Notes under the pieces: model-generated | Databases searched by the model: none | The model's input: the letters and a program-made list of their open reading frames with translations, nothing else | Told to the model about the DNA's origin: nothing | From: an uncultured Acidobacteriota bacterium | Lineage (GTDB): Bacteria; Acidobacteriota; UBA6911 | Direction of reading: 5' to 3' | NCBI GenBank assembly: GCA_963809485.1 | Contig: CAWEJX010000007.1 | Coordinates: forward strand, 192,001 to 256,000 | Length of the DNA stretch: 64,000 nucleotides | Shown here: piece after piece, positions 10,583 to 19,872 of the stretch | Layout of the letters: every line of letters starts with the position of its first letter | How positions within the stretch are numbered: the stretch's first letter is position 1 | Made by a program: the position numbers and the translations under genes

Positions 10583-10889
10583 CAAACTTGGACATTTTGG
10601 AAACATCAAGCAACCTTCAGAAGCTAAATTTTCCGCCGATATAAAACGTGGATAACTCCTTTTAATCGTTGTATTATATGGCTTCCAGGATTTGCCGTTT
10701 GTTTCACTTTGTTATAGGATGTTTGTTCCATGAAGTTTCGGCCTAGTGGAACCCCAGTGGAACCCCAGAACGGAGCCCAAATTTGCCAGGGACGGCGGCA
10801 AAACACTGAATTCAGCCTCATCGGCCCCCCATTTAAGGAAAGAAATAGATGGCGGCCGGCCGGAGGAAATCTGAAAGGGAGTTCTCAGC

Positions 10890-12149
10890 ATGCCTAAAAT
10901 CAACTTCACGACCAAAAAACTGGAAAGCCTGAAGCCGGGCACCGAACGCACCGACTATTGGGACGATTCGTTCCCCGGCCTGGTGCTGAGAGTTACCCCC
11001 GGCGGCGACAAGATCTTCAGCCTGATGTACCGAATCGGTGGCCACCGGAGACGCTACACGCTGGGAGCGTTTCCGCACGTCATGAGCCTAGCCGATGCCC
11101 GAGAGAAAGCAGGCGATGCCCTGAAGCTGGCGAAACACGGCATAGATCCAATAGAGGAACAAAAGCGCCGGCAAGAGGCGGAGGTGCAGCACATCCTGGA
11201 AGAGGCAACTTTTGAACAGCTGACAAAACAGTTCCTCGAGGAATATGCCAAAAAGCTCCGCTCCTATTACGAGGTGAAGCGATCCTTCGACCAGTATCTC
11301 CTCCCAAAATTCGGAAAAGTGAAGGCGCGGGAACTCAAGCGGGCCGACGCCCGCGCATTCCTCGACAGCATGGCTCAGTCAAAACCCGTGATGGCCAACA
11401 GGTGTCTTGCCTACGTTCGCAGGATGTACAACTGGGCGCTATCCAAAGACTTGGTGGAATTCAACCCAATCACGGCAATTCCCCGCCCCGGGACCGAAAA
11501 GACGAGGGATCGCGTACTCTCCGCGGACGAAATAAAAGCCCTGTGGATGGCTCTGGATAACGAAAAGCCGATCATGGCCGCCACCTTCCGACTCCGTCTC
11601 TTGACGGCCCAGCGCGGAGGCGAAGTCCACGCAATGCGCTGGCAGGACATTGATGGTGAGTGGTGGACAATTCCCTCCGAGTTCTCAAAAAACAAACTGA
11701 GCCACCGGGTGCCGCTATCTCCTCAGGCGCTGAAGGTACTGAACGAGGTAAAAGAAACCACCGACAGGATGGACGACAAAATGGGACGCGAGCGCAGCGA
11801 GTGGGTGTTTCCAAACCCGGCGGACAGGTCCCAGCACATTTATTCCATCCAGAAGCTGGCCCAGCGGGTGCGGGCAAACTCGAAGGTTTCCTACCGGGCG
11901 CACGATCTTCGCCGCACAGCCGCCAGCATGATGACCAGTATGGGAGTGCCACGCCTCGTGGTGGGGAAAATCCTCAATCACGCTGAACCGGGAGTGACCA
12001 AGGTCTATGACCGGCACAGCTACGACAGGGAAAAGCAGGAAGCACTGAACGCCTGGGGCGCGCGTGTCGAGTCTATCGTCAATCCAGACAAAGAAGAGCG
12101 TGACACTACAGGGAAAGTGGTTCCTATTTCGGCCGGCATCAGAAGATAG
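10890..12149 (+). CDS. int: Tyrosine integrase, P4-like with arm-binding domain
   Basis: N-terminal WDD..PGLVLRV..GG.K.F arm domain; LLTAQR..E, SKN...H.VPL, HDLRRT, LNH...VY. Confidence 0.95.
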   Translation: MPKINFTTKKLESLKPGTERTDYWDDSFPGLVLRVTPGGDKIFSLMYRIGGHRRRYTLGAFPHVMSLADAREKAGDALKLAKHGIDPIEEQKRRQEAEVQHILEEATFEQLTKQFLEEYAKKLRSYYEVKRSFDQYLLPKFGKVKARELKRADARAFLDSMAQSKPVMANRCLAYVRRMYNWALSKDLVEFNPITAIPRPGTEKTRDRVLSADEIKALWMALDNEKPIMAATFRLRLLTAQRGGEVHAMRWQDIDGEWWTIPSEFSKNKLSHRVPLSPQALKVLNEVKETTDRMDDKMGRERSEWVFPNPADRSQHIYSIQKLAQRVRANSKVSYRAHDLRRTAASMMTSMGVPRLVVGKILNHAEPGVTKVYDRHSYDREKQEALNAWGARVESIVNPDKEERDTTGKVVPISAGIRR

Positions 12150-12214
12150 CGGCCAATGTGATGTGGAAGCGTTCTGCAACTTATAATTTCCGCTGTTCTT
12201 CTTCCCCATTGTAC

Positions 12215-12242
12215 TTGATAATGAACCTTTTCGGTATATACT
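12215..12242 (+). promoter_or_regulatory. Sigma70-like promoter, probably leaderless brnT transcript
   Basis: TTGATA-16-TATACT, 6 nt before the ATG. Confidence 0.5.
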
Positions 12243-12248
12243 GTAATT

Positions 12249-12542
12249 ATGCAATTTGAGTGGGATGATGGAAAGGCTCGCCGCAATTTGCAAAAGCATG
12301 GGATTTCTTTTATTCAGGCGATTACCGCCTTCGATGATCCATCTGCTTTAGTCGCCCCCGATGACAAGCACTCCGGCGCGGGGGAAATACGTGAATGGCT
12401 GATCGGTGAATCGGACGATGGAGTGCTCGTCGTGGTGTTTACCCGGCGGCGGGAAGGACGGGTTTACCGTATTATCAGCGCTCGGCGAGCCAGCCAGCGT
12501 GAGAGGAAGAGACATGAAGAATTCAAAAGAGTTTCCCTTTAA
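12249..12542 (+). CDS. brnT: BrnT-family toxin (DUF497)
   Basis: MQFEWDDGK...N..KHGISF; VVFTRR; RIISARRA...ER. Confidence 0.92.
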   Translation: MQFEWDDGKARRNLQKHGISFIQAITAFDDPSALVAPDDKHSGAGEIREWLIGESDDGVLVVVFTRRREGRVYRIISARRASQRERKRHEEFKRVSL

Positions 12543-12780
12543 AAAGGCAAGACGCGTCACCAAGAAGGAATTGGCCGCCGCCCGCAAAGCGATCGAGCTG
12601 AAGACCGGGGTGCCGCGTCCGCCCCGTGGCAGGCCCTCGAAATCAGAGGAGGATAAATATCAGCCCACTTCGATTCGACTGCATCCTAAGGTCATGGCCT
12701 GGGCACGCAAAGAAGCCCGGAAACGAGGCGTAGGGTATCAAACCATCATCAACGAAGCCCTGCTCGAGAAGGCGGGATAG
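12514..12780 (+). CDS. brnA: BrnA-family antitoxin
   Basis: RGRP, SIRL...V.AW, GVGYQTIINEAL. Overlaps brnT. Confidence 0.88.
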   Translation: MKNSKEFPFKKARRVTKKELAAARKAIELKTGVPRPPRGRPSKSEEDKYQPTSIRLHPKVMAWARKEARKRGVGYQTIINEALLEKAG

Positions 12781-12918
12781 CGAGTACCGCTTGGACCGCC
12801 AAAAGGAGGGAATAAACAAAGCTGGATTTCTTTGGGGTAGTAATAAATGCTGCTATATCGAAAACCCAATTGCATTTGTACACTCGCCTGAAGTGGGAAC
12901 CGAAAAAGGGGGAATCGT

Positions 12919-13572
12919 TTGAAAACCAACTACCTGCTAATTGATTATGAAAATATACATCCGAAGAATCTCTCGCTTTTAAGCGGCCACTCGTTCAAGG
13001 TTTTGGTTTTTGCCGGGGCAAATCAAACCAAGGTGCCGCTGGAACTGGCGGCAGCGCTTCAACCTTTAGGTAAGGACGTCAAATACATTACGATTTCCGG
13101 CAGTGGCCGCAACGCTCTGGATTTTCATATCGCATTTTCCATTGGCGAATTGTCAAAAGAAGATCCTGAGGCGTGCTTTTACATCATCTCCAAGGACACA
13201 GGATTTGATCCCCTGATTGAACATGCCCGGAAAAAAGATATTCATGTCTCTCGTTTAAAGAGTATCGCAGACATCCCGCTGCTGCGAATACCTGGCGCGC
13301 AGAGTATGCAAGAGAAGGTCGATGCCATAGTTGGAAATTTTACTGTCCGGAAATCCGGGTTACCACGGAAAGAGAAAACTCTGGCAAACACAATCAATGT
13401 GATCTTTCAAAAGGCGCTTAAAGAAGACGAACTCAAGCTGCTGATACAAGAGTTGAATAAGCAAGGGCATATCTCTATTGAGAATGGAAAAATCAATTAC
13501 CATCTGCCAAATGCGCTTATTGATGAGATCCACCATGAGTTTGGGAAAGCTATGAAAAAATTAGCAGAGTGA
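12919..13572 (+). CDS. PIN-like (NYN/PIN-fold) domain protein
   Basis: YLLIDYEN, G.NALDFHIAF, IISKDTGFD acidic PIN motifs; C-terminal wHTH-like region. Confidence 0.85.
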   Translation: MKTNYLLIDYENIHPKNLSLLSGHSFKVLVFAGANQTKVPLELAAALQPLGKDVKYITISGSGRNALDFHIAFSIGELSKEDPEACFYIISKDTGFDPLIEHARKKDIHVSRLKSIADIPLLRIPGAQSMQEKVDAIVGNFTVRKSGLPRKEKTLANTINVIFQKALKEDELKLLIQELNKQGHISIENGKINYHLPNALIDEIHHEFGKAMKKLAE

Positions 13573-13579
13573 CTCTTCA

Positions 13580-14311
13580 TTAATGGATGGTCTCCGGGCC
13601 CCCTTCTCCGTCTTCGTCCTCCTGTTCCTCGAACTGATGCTCAACCTGAATCGCGTCATCCGGGGGAGGCGTATATCGGATCCATTTGACAAGCTCGGCA
13701 ATGCCGGATCTCCACTCGTCCAAGGAGTATTTGAATTTTTGAGCCAGCTTGGAGAGCTCCGTTGCGGCTCCCTTCTCGGCGTCGCGGCGATCAGGGTCAT
13801 CCCACATTCTCGGCACTCGAATTATCCGGAATCCCGCAATGGATACTCCAGTGATCGACAGTCGGCCTGAAGAATCGCATTTTGATTCTACCCTAATTCC
13901 CTCTACCGCACCCAGAACGGCAACGAGCCGCCCCTGGCGCCGGTTGCTTTCAGTAAAGGCCTTATCGAGTTTTTGTTTGATAGAGTCCGCCCAGGGGCCA
14001 AATGTCTGTGCCTCAGGGATCGCGGTCGTTGAGCCAGAAGGGAGCCGGGCGTACAGCTCAAGATCAACGCGGGCAAATCGTGGCTCAGTCTTTGCAGAGC
14101 TTTTTGCGCGCCCCAGCAGTTCGGTCAACAAGTCTTCCTCGCACGTATAGGAACGGGCAATGTTGAAGGGATTCCAATTAAAAGCGATCTTCGCCGTGAC
14201 GTGAAAGGGCCCCGTGTCGTTTGAGGCCCCAATTACGTGGACCTTCCAGCGCCGTTCCATGCTTTTCAGGTCTATTGCTTCGGTTGGATTACCAATGCGT
14301 TGCCCAAGCAA
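13580..14311 (-). CDS. Hypothetical protein with acidic tail
   Basis: 243-aa ORF converging on the PIN gene. Start uncertain; no family recognised. Confidence 0.6.
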   Translation of the reverse strand: MLGQRIGNPTEAIDLKSMERRWKVHVIGASNDTGPFHVTAKIAFNWNPFNIARSYTCEEDLLTELLGRAKSSAKTEPRFARVDLELYARLPSGSTTAIPEAQTFGPWADSIKQKLDKAFTESNRRQGRLVAVLGAVEGIRVESKCDSSGRLSITGVSIAGFRIIRVPRMWDDPDRRDAEKGAATELSKLAQKFKYSLDEWRSGIAELVKWIRYTPPPDDAIQVEHQFEEQEDEDGEGGPETIH

Positions 14312-14910
14312 GCCTGCATTGTGAAGAGCAATTTGAAGCTGGTCCCTGAATTCCTAGTAGCGCATTTCTTCATCCCCTGTCGATTCGGAAAAAGGACATG
14401 ATACAACCGCAAACCCGGCAAAACTGACTTAAATCCACTTTCGTTAAAGTTGCCCTTTTTCACGAAAGTGGCGATTTTGCCTTATTGCGTGAAACCATAA
14501 ATCTGCGACTTTTAGAGGAGAATCTGCAGAACGTCCACATATCTCAAGCCTGACGCCAACTTATCATAGTTTCTATTAATGGCCTTTTTTGCGTTCACAC
14601 AAAAAAGGCAGGGCACTTTTCTAGACATTGCTTTGCCAAAAGAATTATGTTCCCGTTGCAGCAATCAGAAATGCTGTTGAACGAAGAGACAGGGCTTGAA
14701 CAAAGGGTAAGCGGCTAATTACCGATTCCGAATCAAACACCAGGCGCGAGCGGGCTGGAGCTCCGGAATCAACCAGCGTGTGGCGGAGCCTTATCCAAAT
14801 GGAATTTTGGTGCGATCCGAGAAAGGAGTTGTGTGCCTAATCGATACAGACTATCGGAGAAGAAATGCAGCAATGCAATTGGACCGGTCCGGTCCGAAGA
14901 AAGGGAAATA

Positions 14911-15093
14911 ATGAGCAGAATACTCAGAGAACGGGAGGTCAAACACGTCACTGGTCTTTCCAGGGTAACCAGGTGGAGGCTCGAGCGCCGCGGGCTGTTC
15001 CCCAAAAAGGTCCGGTTGACTGAAAGGTGCGTCGGCTGGCAGGAAGGCGAAATCATGGCTTGGCTGAAATCACGCTCGGAGTTGCGAGGATGA
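14911..15093 (+). CDS. alpA: AlpA-family regulator / recombination directionality factor
   Basis: RILREREV...TGLSRVT.WRLE..G.FP..V.L....VGW...EI.AW. Confidence 0.92.
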   Translation: MSRILREREVKHVTGLSRVTRWRLERRGLFPKKVRLTERCVGWQEGEIMAWLKSRSELRG

Positions 15094-15572
15094 TCGATAG
15101 CCAGGTTTTGCCCTCGTGGGGAGCTGTCTTTCATCTGATCGGCGAGCCTCAGCCGCGCAGAGGCCGCGCTCGGTGCCCCATTCATAATGGAGACAGCCCC
15201 ACCTCCCTTTCCCTCAGTGAGGAGAAGGGAGTTTATCACTGTCACGTGTGCCACTCATCAGGAGACAAGCTCGATTTCGTTCAGAGGACGATGGGCATCA
15301 GTTTTGCCGGGGCGTTATCAATACTCGGCGTAAAAGGCGGGAAGCCTCCGAAACCCGATCCGACTGTTGTGCGGCAGCGTGTAGCAATGGTGATCATCCG
15401 GGATTGGTGCAGGCAAACCGGCAGACAGCTGAGAAACGAGTATCTCATGCGTCATCGCATCGAGAGATGTGCAAAACAAAAACTGATTGTGGATTCCGAA
15501 AGCCTCACCGGATGGGAGCTTTTGCGGATTGCATACGACGGGGCAGCAAAAAAACGAGTTCCTGTTGGATGA
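15090..15572 (+). CDS. CHC2 zinc-finger (primase Zn-binding) protein, possibly frameshifted at A7
   Basis: CPIH...SPTSLS.....YHCHVC..SGD..DFV. ATGA overlap with alpA. Confidence 0.82.
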   Translation: MIDSQVLPSWGAVFHLIGEPQPRRGRARCPIHNGDSPTSLSLSEEKGVYHCHVCHSSGDKLDFVQRTMGISFAGALSILGVKGGKPPKPDPTVVRQRVAMVIIRDWCRQTGRQLRNEYLMRHRIERCAKQKLIVDSESLTGWELLRIAYDGAAKKRVPVG

Positions 15573-15628
15573 AATTGGACTGTGCTGTACCGATGACGAG
15601 CGGCTTCACGCGTGGAGGTTATACCGGA

Positions 15629-17407
15629 ATGATTTCTGAACCGCCGATCACTGTGGACGAGATCAACGAATTGACGGGCAATCTCTCTTTTGCAGATGAC
15701 ACCGGATCCACTAAAGCAACAAATCCCAAGCTGCCGTCCGGATTCCGAATGACGGAAACGGGCTTGTACCTGATCGGGGAGGACGACAAACCGGACATCT
15801 TCATTTGCGGCCCGCTCGAAGTTGTCGGGCACACGAGGGACCGCCACAACGAATCCTGGGGAAGATTGCTCAGGTGGCGGGACACAGATGGGTATTCACA
15901 CTCGTGGCCCATGCCTGCAACGGTCCTGGCCGGAGACGGAAGCGAGCTTAGAGCACGGTTGCTGGACGGAGGTCTGACCATTTCGCCAAACCGGAAAGCG
16001 CGGGAAGCACTGACACGGTATATCTCGGAATCCCGGCCCGATGTGTCCGTGCGGTGCACAAGCCAGATCGGCTGGCACGGTCACTCATTCATATTGCCTG
16101 ACCTGACGATCGGGACAGAATCGGAGGAAGTCATATACCAGGGAGAGGGAGAGTCGCTTCTCCGACAATCCGGGACTCTCAGGGATTGGCAGCATTCCCT
16201 AGGGAAGTATTGTTTGGGGAACTCACGGCTAATATTTGCGGTAAGCGCCGCATTGGCCGGCCCACTTCTATTCCTGTGCGACGAACAGCCCGGAGGATTC
16301 CATTTCGTGGGCTCGTCTTCAACGGGCAAGACCACAGCTTTACAGCTAGCCGGATCCGTTTTGGGAGGAGGCGGCAAGGCAGGATTCCTGCAATCCTGGC
16401 GGGCAACATCCAATGGATTGGAATCAATCGCCGAAGCCCACAACGACCTCAGCTTGATTCTCGATGAATTGAGTCAGTGCGACAACAAGGAAGCCGGCGA
16501 AGTCGCCTATATGCTGGCCAACGGACAAGGCAAAAGCCGAAGCAAAGCCGCAGGGGGCTTGCGCCGAAAATCAACCTGGCGCTTGCTGTTTCTCTCCGCC
16601 GGGGAGATAAGCCTCACGGATCACATTGCCGCAATTGGTCGCCGAACGAGGGCCGGCCAGGAAGTCAGGCTCATCAACATTCCTGCAGATGCTGGGGCAG
16701 GGATGGGGTTGTTTCAAAACCTGCACGAATTCGCATCCGGCGATGCTTTCGCCAGGCTTCTGCAAAATTCTGCAAAGCCGTTTTACGGCGCACCGATCCG
16801 GCATTTCATAGAGTTCCTGACCAGGAAAATTTCCCGGGCTCAAAATGCACTGCAGGCCTGCAGAGGAGGTTTTGTTCAAAAGTTTGTTCCCAAAGCCGCG
16901 AGCGGTGAAGTCAGCCGTGCGGCCGGCAGATTCTCTGTGGTAGCTGCGGCGGGCGAGCTGGCTATCGAAGCGGGAGTGCTCCCGTGGCCTGAAGATACGG
17001 CGGCGAAAACGGCGGCGGACCTGTTTGAGGAATGGCTGGCCAACCGCGGAACCGCTGGTGAGATGGACACTGAGGCGGCAATTCAGCAGGTACGGCTCTT
17101 TCTCGAGCAGCACGGCTCGGCCCGTTTCGAGCGTGAAAATGAAAACCGTCCGATCTCTGCGCGCGCCGGTTTCTACAGGCGAACATCCAGCGGCAATGAG
17201 TTCTGGATCATGCGCGAGACTTTCCGGTCGGAAGTTTGCCGGGGTTACAGCGCTCAGATGGTCGCCCAAGCCCTGGCCGACCACGGATTCCTGATAGCTG
17301 GAGATGGAGGAAGGCCTGTCTCCCGCCGTCGGATTGGGTTCGATTCCGGGCAGTCCGGGGAAAACAGGGTTTCGGTCTACGTTATTCGCGAGGATATCCT
17401 CAGATGA
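15629..17407 (+). CDS. DUF927-domain replication protein (Cch-like helicase)
   Basis: WGRLL.W.D, GWH...F.LP, Walker A GSSSTGKTT, WRATSNGLE, LDE, Y.LANGQGK.R. RBS GGAGG at 15614. Confidence 0.9.
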   Translation: MISEPPITVDEINELTGNLSFADDTGSTKATNPKLPSGFRMTETGLYLIGEDDKPDIFICGPLEVVGHTRDRHNESWGRLLRWRDTDGYSHSWPMPATVLAGDGSELRARLLDGGLTISPNRKAREALTRYISESRPDVSVRCTSQIGWHGHSFILPDLTIGTESEEVIYQGEGESLLRQSGTLRDWQHSLGKYCLGNSRLIFAVSAALAGPLLFLCDEQPGGFHFVGSSSTGKTTALQLAGSVLGGGGKAGFLQSWRATSNGLESIAEAHNDLSLILDELSQCDNKEAGEVAYMLANGQGKSRSKAAGGLRRKSTWRLLFLSAGEISLTDHIAAIGRRTRAGQEVRLINIPADAGAGMGLFQNLHEFASGDAFARLLQNSAKPFYGAPIRHFIEFLTRKISRAQNALQACRGGFVQKFVPKAASGEVSRAAGRFSVVAAAGELAIEAGVLPWPEDTAAKTAADLFEEWLANRGTAGEMDTEAAIQQVRLFLEQHGSARFERENENRPISARAGFYRRTSSGNEFWIMRETFRSEVCRGYSAQMVAQALADHGFLIAGDGGRPVSRRRIGFDSGQSGENRVSVYVIREDILR

Positions 17408-17408
17408 T

Positions 17409-17602
17409 TGTGGACAGTGTGGACAATGTGGGCAGAGGCAAGAAATTACTGAATTCACGGCATTTGCGCTGTCCACACATTCTGCACAGTTATGTCCACA
17501 CATAAACAACTGTGGACAGAAGTACGCAACGAATGTGGACAGCCGAAATAGAACAGACACGGTTGTTTGCAGCCGTTGTCCACACTGTCCACTTTGTCCA
17601 CA
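17409..17602. repeat. Iteron cluster, putative origin of replication of the island
   Basis: About 9-10 copies of TGTGGACA/TGTCCACA in direct and inverted orientation directly after the helicase. Confidence 0.75.
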
Positions 17603-18015
17603 TTGGGAAATGCAATCACGTTACTTTTGGGAGGTGGATCTTGGGATTGTGGCAAGAACTGACGGCAGCCAAAGTGGAGCCTGAAATAGCCGAAAACCTG
17701 GCCAGCTCTTCTGTCGAAATTTGTTCAGCCGGGATGTCTGAAAGCATGGGAAAAGATAGAACGGCCGGGAAAGAAAAGATAAGGGACGCCATCCAGCAGA
17801 TCTCAAAATCGTGGGACGAAGTAGAGCATTCGGGCGGATCGCTAGCATGGGAATGGATTCTCCGTGGATCCCTGCACGGAGCAAGAATCTGTCAGGCTGA
17901 AGCCCGCGTTGATGCCATTGGATCCAAAGGCGATCAAACTGCGCTGCAGTCAGCGTGCGATTCCTGGGTAACCGCCTGGCAGGAAGGGATCAAGGCCTGG
18001 AAGAAAACCAAGTGA
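17512..18015 (+). CDS. Hypothetical protein (start uncertain)
   Basis: 167-aa ORF with helical, Trp-rich C-terminal half. The N-terminal part overlaps the iterons. Confidence 0.45.
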   Translation: MDRSTQRMWTAEIEQTRLFAAVVHTVHFVHIGKCNHVTFGRWILGLWQELTAAKVEPEIAENLASSSVEICSAGMSESMGKDRTAGKEKIRDAIQQISKSWDEVEHSGGSLAWEWILRGSLHGARICQAEARVDAIGSKGDQTALQSACDSWVTAWQEGIKAWKKTK

Positions 18016-18041
18016 CTTCCCGTTGTACAGAAAAGCACCAT

Positions 18042-18098
18042 TTGACTAAATCCAGAAATGGTTTACAATACATATGCGACTCACACAATTGTAAACTG
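18042..18098 (+). promoter_or_regulatory. Promoter with inverted-repeat operator for XRE-ImmA operon
   Basis: TTGACT...TACAAT; inverted repeat TTTACAAT...ATTGTAAA. Confidence 0.5.
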
Positions 18099-18109
18099 AG
18101 AGGTTCTTT

Positions 18110-19186
18110 ATGATCGCGGATCGTATAAAACTGGCGAGGCGAAAGGCAGGCCTGTCCCTTAGGGACCTGTCCTCCGCAATGGACGGCAGAGTGACGGCCC
18201 AGGCGATCGGGAAATATGAGCGCAACGAGGCCGTGCCCAGTTCCGGAGTTCTCGTAGCTTTATCCAAAACTCTCAAAGTCTCAATGGCCTATCTGCTCGA
18301 CACCGGCGGCGTAACCCTGACTGGCGTCGAATTCAGGACCAAGGCCAATACCAGCGCCAAGGACCGCGCCCACGTCGAGACCGAAGTGCTTGAACGAATA
18401 GAGCGCTATTTGCAGATTGAGTCGGTACTTGAATTGAATAGCGCAGAGTGGCAACTCCCGCTGCCCGAACCTCGCAAATTAGGGAACGTTGCAGAAGCGG
18501 AAGGATTGGCGAATGATGTACGTGCCGAATGGAAGCTCGGCACTGATCCTATTCCAAACATGACGGAACTTTTAGAAGAAAAGGGGCTGAAGGTTCTAAC
18601 GGTAACTTTACCCGATCGCGTGTCGGGTTTTACTTGCATGATCAAGCGACCGGAGGGGCAGCCGGATTTGCCGGTGATAGTCGTTAATAACCGGTTCCCT
18701 CTCGAGCGCCGCCGGCTGACGCTCGCTCACGAGTTAGCTCACCGTTTGATCAATGCAGATCTGCTATCCGACAGCGACAAGGAAAAGGCCGGGACTCTGT
18801 TCGCCGGTGCGTTTTTGATTCCACGCGAGCATCTCCTGGCCGAGGTCGGCAAGCACAGGAATGCCCTCGGGTACAAAGAACTCATCGACCTGAAACGCAT
18901 TTATCGTGTCAGTGGGGCCGCCCTGCTGATGCGATTGAGGCAGCTCAATGTGATCACCGATTCGACCCTAACCTATGCCTTCCAAACCGTTGCACGCGGC
19001 TGGCGTACTCAAGAACCGGATCAGATCGAATCGCCTCGGGATCGTGGGAAACGCGAAAGGGCTCTTCGTTTCAACAGGCTCTGCTACCGGGCTCTCGCCG
19101 AGGGTTTGATTTCTCTTACCAAAGCGTCCGAGCTCTTGCAGCAACCTATTCCCGAAATTGAGACTGGACTAAGAGGGCCTCGATAG
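18110..19186 (+). CDS. XRE HTH + ImmA/IrrE (COG2856) metallopeptidase
   Basis: RIKLARRKAGLSLRDL..VTAQAIGKYE HTH; RRRLTLAHELAH; FAGAFLIP. Confidence 0.92.
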   Translation: MIADRIKLARRKAGLSLRDLSSAMDGRVTAQAIGKYERNEAVPSSGVLVALSKTLKVSMAYLLDTGGVTLTGVEFRTKANTSAKDRAHVETEVLERIERYLQIESVLELNSAEWQLPLPEPRKLGNVAEAEGLANDVRAEWKLGTDPIPNMTELLEEKGLKVLTVTLPDRVSGFTCMIKRPEGQPDLPVIVVNNRFPLERRRLTLAHELAHRLINADLLSDSDKEKAGTLFAGAFLIPREHLLAEVGKHRNALGYKELIDLKRIYRVSGAALLMRLRQLNVITDSTLTYAFQTVARGWRTQEPDQIESPRDRGKRERALRFNRLCYRALAEGLISLTKASELLQQPIPEIETGLRGPR

Positions 19187-19189
19187 GAA

Positions 19190-19696
19190 ATGCGGATATT
19201 CGTCAGCGACAGCAGTTGCTTGATAGACCTCAGGAAAGCGTCGCTGCTCAGCAGTTTTTTCAAGCTGCCCTACGAAATCCTGATTCCAGACACACTCTTC
19301 GAGGATGAACTGCTGAAGTTCACAAGCGCCCAGAGGAGAATTCTCACCGAGGGCGGGCTGAAAGTTGTTGATTTGCCGGCGGAGCAAGTGCTTCGCGCCA
19401 GAGAGGTTGTTCACCAAGTGCCACAACTTTCAACTCATGACGGATTTGCTTTTGCACTTGCCGAAGCAAATCCGGGATGCATTTTGCTGACGGGAGACAA
19501 ACAGCTCCGTATTCTCGCAGTCGAGGAAGGCATAGATGTGCACGGATTCCTGTGGGTAGTCGACGAGCTGTACAGATGCGAAATAAGCGCTGCAAATGCT
19601 CTCTGCAGCGCCCTTCGCTTTCTTGCGGACGATCCTGCAGTGAGGCTGCCGCGACGAGAATTGGCGTTATATATCAAGCGGTACGGTGCCCTTTAA
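19190..19696 (+). CDS. PIN-domain protein paired with XRE-ImmA
   Basis: IFVSDSSCLIDL; LSTHD...ALA; LLTGDKQLR; VHG.LWV. Confidence 0.88.
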   Translation: MRIFVSDSSCLIDLRKASLLSSFFKLPYEILIPDTLFEDELLKFTSAQRRILTEGGLKVVDLPAEQVLRAREVVHQVPQLSTHDGFAFALAEANPGCILLTGDKQLRILAVEEGIDVHGFLWVVDELYRCEISAANALCSALRFLADDPAVRLPRRELALYIKRYGAL

Positions 19697-19836
19697 TAGT
19701 CGCAACCAGATCTGCACCCGGTGATTGACCGCCGCTTGGATGACATGTGCAAGTAGTGGAGCTTTGACCCTATGCGCTTGTCTTCATTTTCAGTCGCCGT
19801 GTTTGTATGGTTTTATTAGGAAGCCCAGCCATTTAG

Positions 19837-19866
19837 GTTCCATTTTTGGGAACTTTGAGGTATAGT
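19837..19866 (+). promoter_or_regulatory. HigA-type operator palindrome and -10 box
   Basis: GTTCCATTTTTGGGAAC followed by TATAGT 6 nt before the higB ATG. Confidence 0.55.
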
Positions 19867-19872
19867 AAAGGC

